This document shows, in pieces, positions 36,442 to 40,338 of a DNA stretch of 40,338 bases (within the stretch, counting starts at the first letter, position 1; the number at the start of each line of letters is the position of its first letter). The position numbers and the translations under genes are program-made. Below the pieces are notes generated by a model. That model worked only from the letters and a program-made list of their open reading frames with translations. It had not been told where the DNA came from and did no database searches. The stretch covers positions 1-40,338 of the IMG/VR virus record IMGVR_UViG_3300037498_000021. One strand, given 5' to 3'. This stretch comes from a virus (taxonomy: Duplodnaviria > Caudoviricetes).

Positions 36442-37349
36442 TCAAAGAACGCTACGCCCTTTACAATGGGGATTCGTGCGAGGTGCTGAGAACTATGCCG
36501 AATGCGAGTATAGATTTCAGCGTGTTCAGTCCGCCATTTGCAGATCTATACTGCTACAGCGACAGTCCGTCAGACCTTGGAAACTGCCGAACATACGATG
36601 AATTTTTTCGGCATTTCGGATTTATCATTAGCGAGATTGTGCGAGTCACAAAGCCAGGAAGGCTATGCGCCGTACACTGCATCGATATTCCAGCGATGAA
36701 AGAACGCGATGGATATATCGGACTCAAAGACTTTCCAGGTGATATTATACGGGCGTTTCAATCTTCTGGCATGATTTATCACTCCAGGCACGCGATATGG
36801 AAAGATCCGCTGATTGAGGCGACGCGAACGAAGGCGCTTGGGTTGATGCATAAGCAGTTGTGCAAGGATTCGACGGCATGCAGGAGTGGCCTGCCTGATT
36901 ACCTTTTGGCGTTTCGCGCTTTAGGAGAAAATGCTATTCCAGTTACACATCCGAATGGTCTAACGAAATACTGTGGACGGACGGATCCTGGAGGCGAAGG
37001 GATCAAGCGATCACATAATATTTGGCGAGCCTATGCATCGCCGGTGTGGATGGATATCAGACAAACGCATACGCTTGATGCAAGAAAGGCGCGAGATCCT
37101 GAAGACGAAAAACATCTTTGCCCGCTCCAGCTCGACGTAATCGAAAGGGCCTGCGTGCTGTGGTCAAATCCTGGCGATGTCGTGCTGACGCCATTCATGG
37201 GCGTGGGATCAGAGGTCTATGGGGCCGTGATGAATGGTCGGCGCGGTATCGGCATCGAACTGAAACCGTCCTATTATGCGCAGGCTGTCAAAAACCTTGC
37301 GGAATGCAAACCGGAGCTTGATCAGGGATCGCTGTTCGAGACCCTTTGA
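36420..37349 (+). CDS. Amino-DNA methyltransferase, beta class (likely N4-cytosine)
   Basis: FSPPF catalytic motif before TPFMGVGSE SAM motif; HLCPLQLD, GIELKPSY. Confidence 0.9.
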   Translation: MAVRDQVIKERYALYNGDSCEVLRTMPNASIDFSVFSPPFADLYCYSDSPSDLGNCRTYDEFFRHFGFIISEIVRVTKPGRLCAVHCIDIPAMKERDGYIGLKDFPGDIIRAFQSSGMIYHSRHAIWKDPLIEATRTKALGLMHKQLCKDSTACRSGLPDYLLAFRALGENAIPVTHPNGLTKYCGRTDPGGEGIKRSHNIWRAYASPVWMDIRQTHTLDARKARDPEDEKHLCPLQLDVIERACVLWSNPGDVVLTPFMGVGSEVYGAVMNGRRGIGIELKPSYYAQAVKNLAECKPELDQGSLFETL

Positions 37350-37374
37350 CGCAAAGTGAAAACGCGGTTATGTT
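37346..37374 (+). promoter_or_regulatory. Putative sigma70 promoter of the replication operon
   Basis: TTGACG-N17-TATGTT. Confidence 0.65.
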
Positions 37375-37405
37375 GTCTGATTCACGCCGCATCAGCGGAC
37401 CGGAT

Positions 37406-37509
37406 TAAGACCCCGGAATTGGAGATAAGCATGCAGATAAACCCAAACGACAGGCGGCACGCGGTCCCAGGTGACTCCACACCGGTCTTAGCCGCGTGCC
37501 GTCCTGTCG
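37406..37509 (+). promoter_or_regulatory. Structured 5' leader with two complementary boxes
   Basis: 17-bp bulged stem 37448-37464/37492-37509; loop boxes CTCCA and GGTCTTA complement upstream TGGAG and TAAGACC. Confidence 0.6.
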
Positions 37510-37522
37510 AGAGGGCTTTTTG

Positions 37523-38395
37523 ATGGTCAGGTATCGCGTAAAAAACTGGAGCCGATTTCAGCACTATAAATCGAGGCGACCGCCTTGGATAAAACTGCAT
37601 CGGACGCTGCTTGACGATTGCATATTCCTGCGCTTGCAGACTGCTAGCAGAGCGCTAGCGCCGCTCATTTGGTTGCTTGCATCAGAATCCGATGATGCAA
37701 GCGTTGTGGGAGATCATGACGAACTTGCGTTCAGGCTGCGAATTGACAGAAAAGAAATTGATGAAGGCATAAAGGGTTTGATTGCAAGCGGTTATATAGA
37801 ATGCTTGCAGGATGCTAGCAACGCGCTAGCAACGCGCAAGCAAAACCTGACTACAGAGACAGAGACAGAGACAGAGACATATACACAAGAGACAGATAAA
37901 ACCTTCCCTTCGCTTTCAGCTTCGGGCGGCAAAGAAGGCCTTCTTTTTGATCCAGTGGTACAAATACCCCAGGACGACGAAAAAGACGCTGGGGAGGGGC
38001 TAGGAACGCAAATGCAGGGCAAGCCAGCGAAACCACGGAAGGCGAAAAAGGCAAAAGCGGACGAGGAGCCAAAAATCAACGCCTGGGGCATCTGGGTTGA
38101 TGTCTGTCGAGAACAGGGGCTCAAAGATCCGGCAAAAGAGGGACCGGACCTCGCGGCCTCTAAATCCATCGCCAAGAGCGTTGGAGATCCGGAAAGGGTT
38201 GCGCACGTCTTCAGGATGTATCTGCAGGACCGGGATAAATGGCTTTTGGAGCGTGGTCACGGCCTGCGCTACATCGGGGCCCGAGTCAATCGCTATCTCA
38301 ACGATTCCGGCGGCGTAGGAGCGCCAGGCGAGGTATGGGCGGATGATGCAGAGGCTGAGGCGATCATCAGCGGCAAGGCCGAGACGCCATTTTAA
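37523..38395 (+). CDS. Replication initiator protein
   Basis: VKNWSRFQHYK..PPWIKLH N-terminus, ETETET linker, internal repeats, followed by DnaC-like gene. Confidence 0.8.
   Translation: MVRYRVKNWSRFQHYKSRRPPWIKLHRTLLDDCIFLRLQTASRALAPLIWLLASESDDASVVGDHDELAFRLRIDRKEIDEGIKGLIASGYIECLQDASNALATRKQNLTTETETETETYTQETDKTFPSLSASGGKEGLLFDPVVQIPQDDEKDAGEGLGTQMQGKPAKPRKAKKAKADEEPKINAWGIWVDVCREQGLKDPAKEGPDLAASKSIAKSVGDPERVAHVFRMYLQDRDKWLLERGHGLRYIGARVNRYLNDSGGVGAPGEVWADDAEAEAIISGKAETPF
37632..37880. repeat. Putative origin iterons
   Basis: GCWWGC at 11-bp spacing: 37632/37643/37654 and 37803/37814/37825/37836; followed by ACAGAG repeats. Confidence 0.6.
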
Positions 38396-38404
38396 GGAAA
38401 ACGC

Positions 38405-39133
38405 ATGAACATTAAAACGCAGGAGAATGGCCGGGCGATTCTTTACGATGAAAGCGGCGTAGCGAAGGCCTTCTTAGAGCGCTGCTCACGATGTGGCGAG
38501 CTGGCCGATCCGCATGTCGTCGAGTTTGGCTACACGCCATCGGGAAAAGCCATTTGTCGTCCATGTTGGCCGGTAATCGCAGACCGAACAGCCGAGATGC
38601 GCGAGCTGGTGATACCGGCTGAGTATGGGCAAGCCGAGCTGTCCGATTTCTCGCCTGGGGTCAGGATGCGGATCAAAGAATGGCCTGACCAGTACCCCGC
38701 GTTTGGGATTTTCGGATTGCAAGGGCGCGGGAAGACTCGGCTTGTCTGGGCTGTCGCCAGGGCGCTCCATCGGCATCGGAGATTTGTGACGGTAGTCGAT
38801 TGTCGGCAAGCGCAGGTGGAGTGGTCAGGCTCTCAGCGTCGTGAGGACATGCTGCGCCGCTGGACTCGAGCGGGCCTTTTGGCGCTCGACGACATCACGG
38901 GCGGGAGCCTGTCGCCTGGATGGGCCGCAACGATCGAGAAGGTTTTGGACGCTCGCAAACAAGAAGGCATGCCGACGATGGTGGTCACGTGTTCGCGTGG
39001 GCAGGAGCTGGAGGCGATTTTTGGTGCTTCATGCTGGAGTAGGTTGCAGGCGATGAAATGGCTCAACTGGCCGTCCAAAGAGCCGGACCGAAGGCCACGG
39101 GGAAACGATACGAAAGGCGGTGAGGATGCCTAG
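38405..39133 (+). CDS. DnaC/IstB-like AAA+ helicase loader
   Basis: Walker A GLQGRGKT, Walker B LLALDDI, SRL arginine finger, N-terminal Cys pairs. Confidence 0.85.
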   Translation: MNIKTQENGRAILYDESGVAKAFLERCSRCGELADPHVVEFGYTPSGKAICRPCWPVIADRTAEMRELVIPAEYGQAELSDFSPGVRMRIKEWPDQYPAFGIFGLQGRGKTRLVWAVARALHRHRRFVTVVDCRQAQVEWSGSQRREDMLRRWTRAGLLALDDITGGSLSPGWAATIEKVLDARKQEGMPTMVVTCSRGQELEAIFGASCWSRLQAMKWLNWPSKEPDRRPRGNDTKGGEDA

Positions 39134-39311
39134 CATTCTGTATTACCTTGGTGCGCCATACTCGGACCCGGATCCTGCCGTTATCGATACCCGCGTTTCG
39201 GTGACCAATGATTTTGTAGTTCATGCCCTTTTGCAGGGCGCGGACATTATTTCGCCGATCACGCAGTCCCATGAGTTGGCGCGCAAATACAACCTCCGGA
39301 ATCCCGATTGA
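39126..39311 (+). pseudogene. Truncated DUF1937-like gene
   Basis: YYLGAPYSDPD..ISPITQSH N-terminal half, then TGA. Confidence 0.5.
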
Positions 39312-39350
39312 ATTCATCGATCCAAAAACTGCAAGCGAGTGGATGCCGAA

Positions 39351-39620
39351 ATGAGCAAGAAAACAACGAAAAAGCAAAAGCGCGGCAAACGCGATTTAAC
39401 GAAAGCCTTTTGGTGGCTGGAGGACGCCGAATACCTCGCCGAGCAGATTGATTCAGTTGCCACGATCATGCAGACGCTGGCCGGACAGATGCAGTATTAC
39501 GCAGGATTCAACGTCCAGCTAGGCAAACACGCTAAGGAAATGGCCGGGGCCGCGAAGATCGCAAGGGACTGGGCTGACGCGATACGAACGCCTCCAGAAA
39601 AAAAAGTGCAAAAAAACTGA
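39351..39620 (+). CDS. Hypothetical protein
   Basis: Helical ORF, same frame as the preceding truncated gene. Confidence 0.55.
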   Translation: MSKKTTKKQKRGKRDLTKAFWWLEDAEYLAEQIDSVATIMQTLAGQMQYYAGFNVQLGKHAKEMAGAAKIARDWADAIRTPPEKKVQKN

Positions 39621-39774
39621 AATCTGATAAACGGGTGTTTCGAAAACGGGAGTCATTCGCATGAGCCAAGAAAAACAACTCAAGATGTTTCCATGGGTTT
39701 TGCTGATAATCGTGTTTGTGAACACCTTATGTCACGCGATTATCTAAAACCCATGGATGGCGACGTGGGGACGT

Positions 39775-40164
39775 ATGCCAAACAAACCACCAACACATGA
39801 ACGACGCCTGGCGCGCACCGGACGCAGGCACGTGGACGGGCATAGTCAGGACGGCACGACCGATCCTGTTGTGCGCGCTATCCGTAACAGCGCCCGCTAT
39901 AGGCGCTTTATTGCCCTGGCCCGACGGCGAGCGCCACTATGCTGCGATCCGTTCGGCTATCACGCCAAAGACGGCATCACGCAACCAACACACCAAATCC
40001 ACCACATCATCGGCCTGGCGCTGGACGCGGGCCTCGCATACGACCTAAGTAACTGCGTTGGACTATGCACGAGATGTCACGCCATGATCGAGCAACGCGT
40101 GCGAGCGGGCGAGCGGACGGCTTACATGTTCGACGGAAAGGCGATATCATGCACAATGCGATGA
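39775..40164 (+). CDS. HNH endonuclease (packaging-associated, gp74-like)
   Basis: PLCCDP, IHHIIGL, SNCVGLCTRCH; last gene before the genome end and terS. Confidence 0.85.
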   Translation: MPNKPPTHERRLARTGRRHVDGHSQDGTTDPVVRAIRNSARYRRFIALARRRAPLCCDPFGYHAKDGITQPTHQIHHIIGLALDAGLAYDLSNCVGLCTRCHAMIEQRVRAGERTAYMFDGKAISCTMR

Positions 40165-40338
40165 TCACGAAACCTGTTTCGTTACCAACGTGCAATCGAC
40201 GCTACGACGACGATATTGGTAAATCGATAGATCTATCGCACATGCGTGAGATCGTTCGTGTAGCGCTTGCCCTGCAGCGGCGCGGGCACTCCCAGGCGGG
40301 CGACCTGGACCCGACGACCAAGGGGAGGGGAGGGGGGG

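Larger units (their letters stand above)
1..40338 (+). mobile_element. Near-complete tailed phage genome, HK97-like head and non-contractile tail
   Basis: Starts just upstream of the small terminase and ends just after an HNH gene in a G-run, the usual arrangement around cos in HK97-like phages. Packaging, head, tail and replication modules are all present; no host housekeeping genes. Confidence 0.93.

Overview
The window looks like an essentially complete ~40.3 kb HK97/lambda-like tailed phage genome opened at or near its packaging (cos) site, with every credible gene on the + strand. Gene order: terminase, portal, protease, capsid; a ~10 kb insert (sulfotransferase, two glycosyltransferase/methyltransferase fusions, fibre-like genes); head-tail joining, tail, tape measure and tail tip; early recombination genes; small accessory genes; SNF2 helicase plus DNA methyltransferase; replication initiator plus DnaC-like loader; HNH. 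I recognise no integrase and no endolysin. The standout locus is 27833-30323: three non-coding arrays made of 12 units of (GGC-NN)8-12 pentamers separated by a 7-nt GGAAC(A/G)N linker. They flank a 220-aa protein with RAMP/Cas7-like motifs and a 153-aa unknown protein, and are followed by a PD-(D/E)XK nuclease. This is a candidate non-CRISPR RNA-guided system in which the variable dinucleotides carry the information. Other oddities: a (TCG-NGG)27 repeat next to an Sm-like gene, a 129-nt tRNA-like RNA with an expanded anticodon domain, a two-box antisense-type leader before the replication gene, and a 20-aa periodic ruler-like protein. All protein assignments come from motifs and synteny read by eye; no searches were run.
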